From positions 1 to 31,426 of the forward strand of contig DAOWGI010000065.1 of assembly GCA_030637655.1 (NCBI GenBank): 31,426 bases of DNA. Direction: 5' to 3'. The stretch's first letter is position 1. Each line of letters begins with the position of its first letter. Source of the stretch: a candidate division FCPU426 bacterium (GTDB taxonomy: Bacteria > Oederibacteriota > JAAXVQ01 > JAUVAV01). The notes beneath the pieces are model-generated. The model saw only the letters and a list, made by a program, of their open reading frames with translations, searched no databases and was not told where the DNA came from. Of the stretch, positions 1 to 10,900 are shown in pieces. The position numbers were made by a program, and so were the translations under genes.

Positions 1-930
1 GATTTTTTTATCTACCTTGATGAAAATCACGATAAAATGAAAAAGAGCATATGGAGGTTCTTAGATATAATATTTGGTCATCCATATATCACCCCTACTT
101 TTGATGAGTATGCAATGTTCATGGCCTTTTCTGCTGCGCTGCGTTCCGCCGATCTTTCGCGCCAAGTTGGTGTGGTTATAACTAAAAACAACGGAATTAT
201 CGCTACTGGTGCGAATGATTGCCCGAAATTTGGCGGTGGATTATACTGGCCCTATTATTCAAAAGAGAAAAATGAAATCATCGATGAAAAAAACGGACGC
301 GACCATATGCGGGGCGAAGATTCAAACGAGACTGAAAAGGAAAATATCATTGATGATATTTGGAAGCAGTTTAAAAAAAACGGAGTTCAAATTAAAGAAG
401 AAGAACTTAAAGCAGCACTAAGAAACAGTAAAATTAAAGATATTACGGAATACGGAAGAGTGGTCCACGCTGAGATGGAGGCGCTTTTGTCATGCGCCAG
501 GAATAGCATTAGTTCTCAGGATGCAACTCTATATTATACAACCTTCCCGTGCCACAACTGTGCCAAGCATATTATCGCTGCGGGAATTAAACGTGTTGTC
601 TATGTCGAGCCTTATAGTAAGAGTAAAGCTGCAGAGTTTCACGATGACTCCATTTGTTTGGGGTTGGAAGGGGAAGAAGACACCTTAATACATTTCGAGC
701 CATTTGCAGGAGTGGGTCCCAGGCGATTTTTTGATTTATTTTCGATGAACCTGAGCTCCGGCTATCCATTGAAGCGAAAAGATGATAAAGGGAAAAAAGT
801 GGAATGGGAAAGGGATAAATCAAAACTGCGGATCCAAATGGTCCCAGATTCTTACATTGCTCGCGAGACATCAGTAACGTCGCGATTTAATATTATTCGG
901 GAGGAAATAAAAAATGGAAACAACAATTAA
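1..930 (+). CDS. Anti-phage-type dCTP/dCMP deaminase (AvcD-like), C-terminal half; 5'-truncated by the window edge
   Basis: Frame is open from base 1 (DFFIYLDENHDK precedes the ORF-track Met at 37). Zn-deaminase motifs VHAE and PCHNCAKH are present, plus TPTFDEYAMFMA..AALRSADLSRQVG, typical of the kinase-deaminase defence family. Confidence 0.85.
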   Translation, partial: DFFIYLDENHDKMKKSIWRFLDIIFGHPYITPTFDEYAMFMAFSAALRSADLSRQVGVVITKNNGIIATGANDCPKFGGGLYWPYYSKEKNEIIDEKNGRDHMRGEDSNETEKENIIDDIWKQFKKNGVQIKEEELKAALRNSKIKDITEYGRVVHAEMEALLSCARNSISSQDATLYYTTFPCHNCAKHIIAAGIKRVVYVEPYSKSKAAEFHDDSICLGLEGEEDTLIHFEPFAGVGPRRFFDLFSMNLSSGYPLKRKDDKGKKVEWERDKSKLRIQMVPDSYIARETSVTSRFNIIREEIKNGNNN

Positions 931-1105
931 AAAAGGAACAGGGCACAAACCCACCGATGACGATGATTCATTTGTGCGTCATTTGAAGAAGGCTACTGAA
1001 ACCGTTCGTTCCTGGCCGGAATGGAAACAAAACTTATTGGGCGCTGCCACGCTGGAGCAACGGCAAAAAGAATTATCCTTGGAAAAGACCAAGAGTAATT
1101 CTTGA
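914..1105 (+). CDS. Small hypothetical protein (63 aa) overlapping the deaminase stop
   Basis: GAGGA at 901-905 precedes ATG 914; 17-nt overlap with the upstream gene; contains a VRSWPEWKQ motif. Confidence 0.55.
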   Translation: METTIKKGTGHKPTDDDDSFVRHLKKATETVRSWPEWKQNLLGAATLEQRQKELSLEKTKSNS

Positions 1106-1191
1106 AAGACTCGAAAATAATGACATCGAAGCTGTAATAGTTTGTAATGGGTTTAGATTTAATGACGGAGCGAGCTGTTCTCTAAATTAGT

Positions 1192-1394
1192 TAGTTTCTG
1201 TTGCGGAAAGCGATTTTTTTTAAACATTGGCATCATCCGCATGACTTCCTAATGTCGTCATTCCGGCATGATTCTAGCCGGAATCTATTGATTTTATAAG
1301 CAAAATCAAAAGCACCTGGACCCCGGCTAAAGACATGCCGGGGTGACGGCCAAAAAGGCTTTTTTAAAAAATACCCTTTCCGCAACAGAAACTA
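1192..1394. mobile_element. MITE-like element with 19-bp perfect terminal inverted repeats and an internal REP-like pair
   Basis: TAGTTTCTGTTGCGGAAAG (1192-1210) is the exact reverse complement of CTTTCCGCAACAGAAACTA (1376-1394). TA lies at both outer ends; no coding capacity. Confidence 0.75.
1254..1350. repeat. Inverted pair of REP/dRS3-like hairpins
   Basis: GTCATTCCGGC-atgattcta-GCCGGAATC followed by GGACCCCGGC-taaagacat-GCCGGGGTGAC. The same architecture recurs at 16231-16306. Confidence 0.75.
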
Positions 1395-1395
1395 G

Positions 1396-1584
1396 TTAAA
1401 CCTGGTGATTCATTACATTTCTAAGCGCTTCATTGATTAATGTCTGGTAGCCTATCTTTTTTATTTTCGCGAGTTTTTGATAATAAATCAAAGTATCAGA
1501 ATCAAGGCGTATCGTTTTTTGAACTTTATGAGGCTGGTAAAATCTTCTTCTGATTCCCTGGGAAAAATCATATTCTTTTTTCAT
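1396..1584 (-). CDS. brnA: BrnA-family (ribbon-helix-helix) antitoxin
   Basis: MKKEYDFS...TIRLDSD...GYQTLINEALR matches the BrnA signature. Start placed at ATG 1584; the ORF track uses 1614. Confidence 0.85.
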   Translation of the reverse strand: MKKEYDFSQGIRRRFYQPHKVQKTIRLDSDTLIYYQKLAKIKKIGYQTLINEALRNVMNHQV

Positions 1585-1635
1585 TTCGTATTTTTCAGAT
1601 TTTGTAATCTTCATATTATCCCACTCGGTCTTTAT
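1582..1635 (-). pseudogene. Probable remnant of the BrnT toxin (both termini joined, core deleted)
   Basis: Reads IKTEWDNMK-ITKSEKYE immediately upstream of brnA. EWD resembles the BrnT N-terminal FEWD motif and TKSE..YE resembles its C-terminal ATKxE..YE end. Confidence 0.5.
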
Positions 1636-1641
1636 AACTAC

Positions 1642-1669
1642 ATTTTGGCTACATTTCTGCTCGTGTCAA
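1642..1669 (-). promoter_or_regulatory. Putative sigma70 promoter of the brnT/brnA locus
   Basis: TTGACA on the minus strand (1669-1664) with a weak -10 (CAAAAT) 16 nt downstream. Confidence 0.35.
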
Positions 1670-1819
1670 CTGAAAATTACTGCTACAAAGAGGCTGTTTG
1701 GATGCTGGGAAGCACAATTTTTCCATTTTTATCAATTAGGCGACTTAAACCATTCTTTTGATCAGCTTGTTTCGAAACGAAACACCACTCTTGAAAAACA
1801 TTAATTTTTCCCACTAAAA

Positions 1820-1847
1820 TTGCTTTTTACATTTTATATGATATATT
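1820..1847 (+). promoter_or_regulatory. Possible promoter of the giant gene
   Basis: TTGCTT-N16-TATATT with an extended -10 TG, in an AT-rich spacer where chance matches are likely. Confidence 0.3.
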
Positions 1848-1999
1848 TAAAGTAGTAACAATAAAGGCATTTCCAGCCAAAATTCATGAGTTTGTTGTTG
1901 AAAATAACATGAGGTATATCTGGCTCCAAGTACTTATGAGATATGACACTAGTTTTTTTAGTTTTAACTAAAATACAACTAACTGAAGGAAAAAATAGA

Positions 2000-4900
2000 A
2001 TGTCTAAGATAACCTTAGTATCTGCTTTTCATCATCCCAAGTTTCGTACCTGGATAAAAGCAGGTATTATTTTAATTGCAGTAAGCTTTGTTCTGCCTTA
2101 TGTGACCTGGGCCTTTGATGCGGGCAGTTACGCTATATCTCAGCCTCATTTCCTGCGGATTGCTCACCTGGGAAAAGCGCTGACCATTCCGGAGAAAATA
2201 GGCGCCATTAACCGGGGTTTTCAGGGCAAGGGAAAAACCGTGGTCTGCATCCAGGATTTGCACTGCAATTATGAGGTGCAAAAGAATATTACCAATATTA
2301 TCCAGCACCTGGTAAAAAAACATGGCTTGAAGCTGGTGGGTGAGGAAGGAGCTTTTAACACGGTTGATACCTCGCCGATCAGCGCCTTTCCGGTGAGGAA
2401 AGTCCGGGAAGAAGTAAGTGATTATTTTGTCAAACAGGGCAAAATCACAGGCGCGGAACATTATGCTGCCATAAGTGGCGGAGCCGTTCAACTGGAGGGC
2501 ATTGAAACTCCGGAATTGTATGCAGCCGGCCAAAAAGCAGTGCGCAGCTTTTTAAATGCCGAGAGCCAGGGTTATTGTTATGATTTGCGTGACATTTTGG
2601 ATGAGTTGAAAACCGATATTTATAATTCCCGGCTCCTGAAATTTGATGGCAAGCGCGCGGCTTACCGCGAGGGCGATATGGACATCTTAAGCTACAGCGC
2701 TTATCTGCACCGCACGGCTTGCAGGCTGCAAGTGGATTTGAGCGTGTATCCCAATTTAGCCCGCTTTTTCAGCCTAAAGCAGAATTTTTTCTCTGTGGGA
2801 GTTGATTCGGATCAACTTTTCCAGGAACTGGACCAACTGGATGCTGCTATCCGGCAACAGCTCTATACGGATAAAACGCAACAGGAGTTGGATGCTTTTT
2901 ATCATCGTCTGGATATCATCGAAAGACTTCTCAATATCTCTGTTTCCCAGGAAGAACTGCAGGAATTCCGCGCACAGCGGGAAAAATACCGCATGAAAGA
3001 ATTTGCCAATTTCATCAATCAGGTAGGGGCGGGCTCCCATGCCCGCCCGATAGAGGAAATAATCCTGGACCCGGAGATGTATATCCTGGATGAATATCTA
3101 AACAAAGTTGAAGAGTTCTATCGCCTGGCAGATGAGCGGAGCATCCATTTTGTGGACAACCTGGTCCGGAAAATGAACCGTTTGGACGAGAAGCTGGCAG
3201 TCATGATAAACGGCGGATTCCATACAGACAAGGTTTTGGCCGAGCTCAAGCGCCGGGATATCACCTATGTTTCCATCAAACCGCGCGTGACCCAACAGGA
3301 TGTGGTAAATCCTTATTTTGAATTGCTGCAGGATCGCAAGACACCTTTAGAAAAGCTGCTGGCCCAAAATCAGACGATAATGGCGATAATGAATGGGTGG
3401 GAGAAGGGTCCATCATTGACTCAACAAGTTGTATTATCTGTAAAAACATTTCGCGAACTTATGAAACATGGCGAGATAAAGATAATCCTAAAAGCTGATC
3501 AGCAGAAATCTTTAGCAGCCTATATGGAACAATTTTCCGGCATTCAATTGCTTGAAATAGAAGGTGAAGGCCTGCCAAACGGAGTTTATGCTTATAATTT
3601 ATCAATCAACGGGAAGGAATCCGATAACGTTTCGCTGGTTATGCGCAAAGGTCTGGTGCCGGAGATATGGCTGAATCAGCTTAATTCCGTTAGCTTGCAA
3701 AAATATTCGCGCTGGATTATTACGGTTTTCAGGTCCGTAAAAAAGGTCGAACAAGTGCGGCAGGCGGTCCGTAAAAGTCCAAAGGCCTGGAGTAAAATGT
3801 TTTTCAATATGACGGATTATATGGCGCCGCTTTATGAAATCCTTGTTATGCGACCCATTTCAATTCTGGTTTTCGTTTTCAACCTGCTTGGATACACGGA
3901 AGCTACACGAAAACTCAACCAAATATTTGTAAATGCACATAAGGGCGATGAAGTTTATTCCAAAGCAGCTATCGTGCAAATGCGGAATATAAATCACTGG
4001 ACTGTTATGGCGGATATAACCACATTCATTGGTGTGTTCGCCATGGCAATTTCAGCGCTATATTTTGGGGCGGCTTTTCCAGGTTACTTAGGAGAGGTTG
4101 GTAGTTTGGGTTCTGCTATCAGCCTTAGCTTGAGATCGGCTTTAATAGTAGGAACCTTGGTTAATACAGCAGGGCATTACTATTATCAGTTTTTCGGTGT
4201 GCCTATGAATTTAGTTGGAGGAATACTTAGGGAAAAGGTGGCAGGTAAGGATACGGAAATTCTTTCGCAAGCAAATATCCGGGCCGCAACCAAGCACCCA
4301 TACTCAAAATGGCTGTTTGTTACCGAGGATGTGGACGCGCTGGATGATGCGCTGGCTTTTAATGCCAGGCAAAGCGGCCAAAAATATATACGCTTGACAA
4401 TCCATAACCAGGAAGAACTGGACGCGCTGATGACCAGCGTACATTTGGATACTGATGGCAAACCGCATGTTTCACCGGGCGCGTTGCCGGAACTGCTGCA
4501 AAGTGAGAAAACGGCAACCCTTTTACTGGATTTCACCGGCTCAGCCTCGCATTTAATCGAACAATTTAATTCACTCTTCAACGATGAACCATACTTTGAA
4601 AAATATAAAGTTCCTGGTAATGGCGAGAACTTGAGGATTATTGGAGCGATATCGGAAAAACAATACATGAAATCGGATTCGACTTTTCGTTCCCGGTTTA
4701 AAGTGACAGACAGAGTGAAAATAAAGCACAAAGATATAATAGATAATATAAAAGAAGCGCCAAGTGGAATTGAGGCAGTTGCAGTGGATACTTTTGGTTC
4801 GCCGCTGTTTAAGGAGAAACTCGTGCGTAGTATTGTGAAGACCGGCCGATATAATGAACAAGAAGGCAGGATTGAAAAAGGCCTGCCCCTGGTCTTGGAA

Positions 4901-7900
4901 GGTGACACCTGGAAAAACGAGGCTGCGGTTTACTTTATCAGGCAGTTATTGCTGCGCCGTACAATTGAATTTAACGGCAAAACCATAGCCATTCCGGAGG
5001 ATTTCAAAATTTACCGCAAAGCTAAAAATTATCAGGAAGGAGTTGATAATAAATCTATTGTCGCGTTAGGCGAAGGAAAACTTAAAGACGCAGAAACCTG
5101 GGTAATCAATGAAGAGAATAAGGATATTCTTTTTTCCCGCATTAAAGTGACAGGAGACAAGCTGGAACGTCTGCCCGGACTTTTAGAAAAACAAAACTTG
5201 CGTCTGCGCATTCAGGGCAGGCCTGCTGACTGGGTTTGGCATGAGATCATGCACTCGGCCGCGAATATTGAATTGGAAGTATCGAATCCGGACGATGTCC
5301 CGGCTGTGTATGCGAAATTTAAAACCAAAGAAGCAGGCAAAATATTTTCCCATGATACGTATTCCACCTGGGAGCAAGCGGCTAAAGCGCCGGTAATATA
5401 TCTGGAAGGTGATGATACCGGTTTTCTAAAAGCAATGGTCGCCGGCCGGGTTGAAGGCAAAATATTGTATAAGCCAAACTCGCCGCAGACCAGTATTGCT
5501 CAATTAACATCAACGCTGCACTCGCCCAGCCCTGGAAAATATGAGGTAAGAATAAGCGAGGTTGTCAAGGCCTTGCAGCGCAACGAGACAGTTCTTATTG
5601 AAGGCGTCGATTCAAACACTTCGCTTATGGCAGGCCTGGCCACGGCTTTAGGACCCAATCCCTATCTGATGGTTAACGGTGAGCGGTTTAATATTACCAC
5701 TGGTCAGCTTATTATAACTGCGAATTCCGCCCGGGCAAACCCGTACGATGTGCGCACCCGCGTATCCATGTCTTATACTGACGAGGCGGCACAAGAGATG
5801 CTTGACATTGAACCCGGTGATTTCCAAAAACTCCAAAAGTTGCGTGGGCTAATGAATACTATTCACGCTCCGCCAATACCAGGCCTTTATCCGGAAAAAC
5901 CGAATTTATCCTTTGACCGTCTTAAAATGCTGGCGCATCATTATAAGCGCAATCAAAACTGGCTTAAAGCTATTGAAGAGGTGATACTGCCGTCTTATAG
6001 CTCTGCTCCGGAGGTTGTTGCCTATATCCGCGTCATGACCCGCCTGATTTTTGACATGGAAGAAGATGACCGTACGCCTGATTCCATACACGGTCTGAAA
6101 CTAAATGCGATACTCAACCGCATGTCTCCCCCTAAACAGTGGCAAGCCGCTGTCTGGCAGCTAGCTGATACGCTCAGCCTTGATCTTTTGATAAAATCCG
6201 GAATAGGCACAAACTATGGCCAACCAAATTTCAACGATGTTGAAAAAACCATCCAAAAGGCTTTAATCTTTAATTCATCAGGTGAAAAAAAGGAAATGTA
6301 TGCTGCCAGATTTGGAATGGCTGAAGAAATAGCGTCAGGGCCAATGATAGACAGCAGCGTGCGGACAGGGATGGAAAACAGTATCCAGCTCGAAGAGAGT
6401 ATTGTGCGTATTTTGCGCGATTTTCGCGCTGTTTTCTTCCGGGGTTCGCCTGGTGTGGGAAAAAGTTATATTGCCGAACGCATAGCCAAACATTTGGGTT
6501 TATCCTTAAAAAACGTTATCGGCCCCATAACCGTTGGCATTGAAACCGGCGAAGATAAGGTAATAGCACGGGAAGCCTATCAGGATGGGAAGCTGGAGCT
6601 CGAAGAAGGTCCAATTGCCCGCTGGGTACCGGAAAATTCCAACCGGGATCCCCGTTTGTTCGTGGTTGATGAAGCCAACCTGGCCAAGCCTGAATTCTGG
6701 AATTTTCTGGAAGCTTTTTTCAACGAAAAATCCGAAGACCGTTATGTTTGGGTAAACGGAGGGCGCCGCTATTTCGTTCCGGGCGACCGGATAATCTTTA
6801 CCGGCAACCAGGAATCAGTGGTCGGCCGTAACCACATTGACCTGATTGAAAAACATTTCATAATTAAAAACTTTCCGGAATTTGAAGAAAGCTTTTTGCG
6901 GGATAAACTATCGGAATATGTGTACGGCAATAAGCAGGATCTGGTTGAAATGATGCTGCAGTTGCACCAGTTGTGTGCGCGCGCTAATCCGGCTATTGTT
7001 CGTTCGCTGCGCGATTTGCAGGAATTCGCCACCCGTGTTAACCACTTACTGCCCTTAAAATGGAATATGGATGATGTGGTAATGGTTGCCTGGAATATTT
7101 ATAGCGGAGCTTTTTCACCGAATGAACAGGAAGCGCTCAAACATCAGTTTTATAAAAAAACCGGGGTGTGGGTTACTGATATTCAAAAAAAACGTATTGT
7201 TGGGATACAGACGCGGTATGGCGAAGTTTTCCGTCAGGCAGGTATAACACTTGTGCCTGCGGTCGCGCAAATGGTGGACCAGGTTGAAGAATTTCTGAAA
7301 ATCAGTCAGACGCGCATAGACGGGAAATCTATTCTGCAGGGCAAAACCGGCATGATAAACATGGGCGCCTCAGGCCGCGGCAAAGATGCCGTGCTGGTAC
7401 AGATATTGAAGGCTAATGGTATGGTTGACGCCAAAGCCGCTCCTGACCATACCCCGGGCACGAGTAAATATTATCACTTAAACGCGTCATTTAGAATCGA
7501 CGATATTGTGGCCACTATCGAGCGCGCCAAAACCGACGGTTCCAAGGTAATTATCAGCGAGATGAACCTGCTGCCCTCGGCATTTATAGAAGGGCAACTG
7601 AATGATGTTCTCACTGGTAATGCTCACCCGGGTTTTGGGCTGTTTGCCACCATTAATAATGAAGAATTTGGCAGCCGGGAAAAGTTTTCCAGCGCGCTGC
7701 TTAACCGCACCATATTTAACCGGCTTACTGATTATCCGCAAGCGGAATTGAAAAGCATTGCGCGCGGCCATATGCAACGCTTTTTAAATGCTGGAGAAAA
7801 AATGCCGTCTGAGGATGATATTAAATACTTAGTCAGCGCGCATTGCTGGATAAGGGAACAGATTCCGAATACCAACTTTCACCCCACAACCAGGGATATA

Positions 7901-10900
7901 TTAAATGCCGCGTTTGCTTGCATTCGTTCTGCAAAAAGGCCAAAGCCCGAAGATGTAATACAAACTATTTATGGAAGTTTCTACCTTAAAAAAATAGCCG
8001 AAACCAGTGGAAAAGAGCTGCCGAAGAGAAAATATCTGGTAAAAACCTTTCAGGAAAAATCTTTTGTGGATAACAACGAAGTATTGCGGCTTATCGGCAG
8101 TTTTATGTGCAATTATCCGGTTTCTCTGGCATGGGATGCGGTCACTAAAAAAAGCGGTAGCAAACAGTTTGTGAAAGATAAACTGCTGGTGTCATTGAGA
8201 ACAAAGAATACAGTTGCTAATAATCTGGAGACCATGGACCATGAAGCCGGCCATGCCCTGTTCACTAGGCATACTCCTGGTTTGACACCCGCGCCATTGT
8301 CCAATCAATCGTTTGATCACTTGTATATGTCGCTGGAAGATATGCGCATGGAACACGCGGTAAAGAAATTTTATCCCCATTCTACTCTGGACGCAGCGGA
8401 TGTCTGGGAACAGGTGTTTGCCGAAAGTGTCAGGAGTTTGGATATTGAACATCTCGGGAAATCCACGCCTCAGGACATGTTTGAATATTTGTTGTCCTGT
8501 TTTGCCAAAGGCCTTATTTCAGAAGAAGACGTAAGTGAACTGAGCGCAGTGCTGGAAGGTTTGGTGCCGCTAAACGTTGCCGCTTTGGCAGGAAAGCATT
8601 TGCAGACAGCAAAACAGATATATGAATGCGTGCCCAACTCGCTTGACGAAGAAGCAGTACAATTTCAGCAGTTCCGTTCACTTAAATTATTGGAAGCAAT
8701 GAGAGCAGATTATGCTGCCATAGACGCCTTGCGTAAACCTGACCGCGACAGCCGGGATGAAATGTCACTAGCTGATCAAAGGCAGTCAGCAGAGGAAGCT
8801 GCTGAGCGCATGAGTGCGCAGGAACTTTTGCCAGGTGTACCTGAAGAGGCGGAACAAAAAGCTTTGCTAACCCCGGAGCAAAAAGCCGCGCGTGCTGTTG
8901 CCGCCCGAGAGGCGCTTGAAAAACAGAAAAAAGAAGCACTTAACGCCACGATAGCAGAAGTTAAAGCGGAACTTGATATCATGCAAGCTGATTTGCCTTA
9001 TGCTGATATAAGCCGCCTGGAAGAAATGAAAGCCCAACTTGAAAATCCTGTTTATCCGCACTCAATTGTTTTAAAAGTCAAACATATTAATAACAAGAAA
9101 ATTAATAAGAGAGTGATGGCCATGCGTAAATCCATAGATGCTGCTATTGAGCGGCTGGAAAAAAGTAGTCTGCTGGAGTCGAGTAGTGGTTTAGACGGTA
9201 CTATCAGGCGTGGTTTGACTGGTATTTTTGGTCGGGAAATTGGAGCAAAATCAATTTCCTGCCGGTATAAACCTGTTGCCATTGCTCACAGCGAAAGCCG
9301 GCAGTCTAATCCGATTGAATTGGAATTGCCAAAACCCAAAGCAGAGCAGCACGCGCTGCCGGCAGTAGAAACAGTCCCGCGTAATCCGCAAATGAAAGAA
9401 TTGTCAAAACGTTTCCGGTCTTTGCTGGAAAATTCCGTTTATAATCTTTTTCGCCTGATATTCGGCTTTGACAGAATTTACGGTCCGGAAGGCGTAATGC
9501 TTGACGACCGCCGTCTGGCTGCCAATCCCGATATTACCCAAGCCCTCTGGCGCACTGGCGGTATGCCAGAGAGATTCTCTAAAGAAATCATACTGCGTGC
9601 TTCTCCCAACATGCCATGGAATATTATCAATGAAGAACTGTTGCATTTTCTGATTGAAAACGACTGTAGGTTTACGGTTTATACTTCTGAAACCACGTAT
9701 GTGGAAAATATTCATACCCTGACCGGGTTGAAAGAAGTATGCAGTACGGCAAGTGCAAGTATTGATGAAAATAAAATTAGCGAAGACCTACAGTCGCGCA
9801 GCAAGCGGCCGGAAAATTATGCGGTCTTTACCCTGCCGCAATTACAGGAACTTGCCGAAGGTGTGTTCCTCTACGGAGCAATAAAGCATCCTTCCACTGC
9901 TCCAGCCGCACAACCGCCCACTGTTGCTGCCAAAAAGCTGACGTTTAAAAAGCAAAAGAAAATAGTCGAGCAATTTCTGCGAGAAAACAATCTTGGAGAA
10001 GCGAATCGCGAATATGATGATGTGGAAGAGACTATAAAATTGCGTCTCAACAAAACCTCAGTGAGTGACATCAGCGCACTGGCAGACTTGAGAAATTTGA
10101 CGGAATTGTATCTCAACGAGACTTCAGTGGATGACATCAGCGCCCTGGCAGGATTACCGAATTTGACTGTGTTATATCTCGCCAATACCTCAGTGGAAGA
10201 TATTAGTACGTTGGCAGGATCGACGAGTTTGACAGAGTTGGATCTCGAAAACAGCTCAGTGAGCGAGAAACAGGTGTATGAACTTTTTCGCGACAATTTA
10301 AATAGACAGAGTCTGATAGTGTACATCAAAAATAAAACCATTAAATATTCAATATTTCAAGACTATTGCAAGCGTCACCCTGAATTTGAAAAGCAAAAGA
10401 AAAAACCAGTCGCACAACCACCCGCTGCTATTGCCAAAAAGCTGACGTATGACGAGCAAGTGGAAAAATTTAAGCAATATTTAAAAGACAATGGGCTTGA
10501 AATAATTATCTTGAAATACCCTAATGACAAAGAACAGACTTGCGAGGTATGTCTTACAAGAGTTCATAACATACACGCATTGGCGTCGCCAAAAAATATA
10601 GCTGACGAATCATTAAAAGGCACCTTCTTTAATGACACCCGCTTACCAGCAGGATGTAAAGAGTTGAGCGGGGCCTGGCTCACTGGCAGTCTGATAAGCG
10701 AGAAAATCTATGAACTTTTCCGTGATAATAAAAACAAACAGGAACTAGTTATAGTATGGAGAGGGACAACTCGTTTATATAAAGAATACACCTATTCAGA
10801 CTATCAAGACTATTGCCGGCAACACCCTGAATTTGAAAAGCAAAAGAGAACCGCTATACCCATCCAAAAGGATGCATCTCCATTGGTTAAACAAATTTAT

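Noticed and set aside
37-39. ATG at 37 as the deaminase start
   Set aside because: The frame is open to base 1 with family-like residues (DFF), so the gene starts upstream of the window.
1477-1761. 94-aa plus-strand ORF as the missing BrnT toxin
   Set aside because: Wrong strand, overlaps brnA antisense, and has no BrnT motifs.
4186-4908. 240-aa minus-strand ORF (and similar ones at 14218-14886, 18663-19265, 22963-23538)
   Set aside because: Antisense shadows of well-supported genes with no recognisable motifs.
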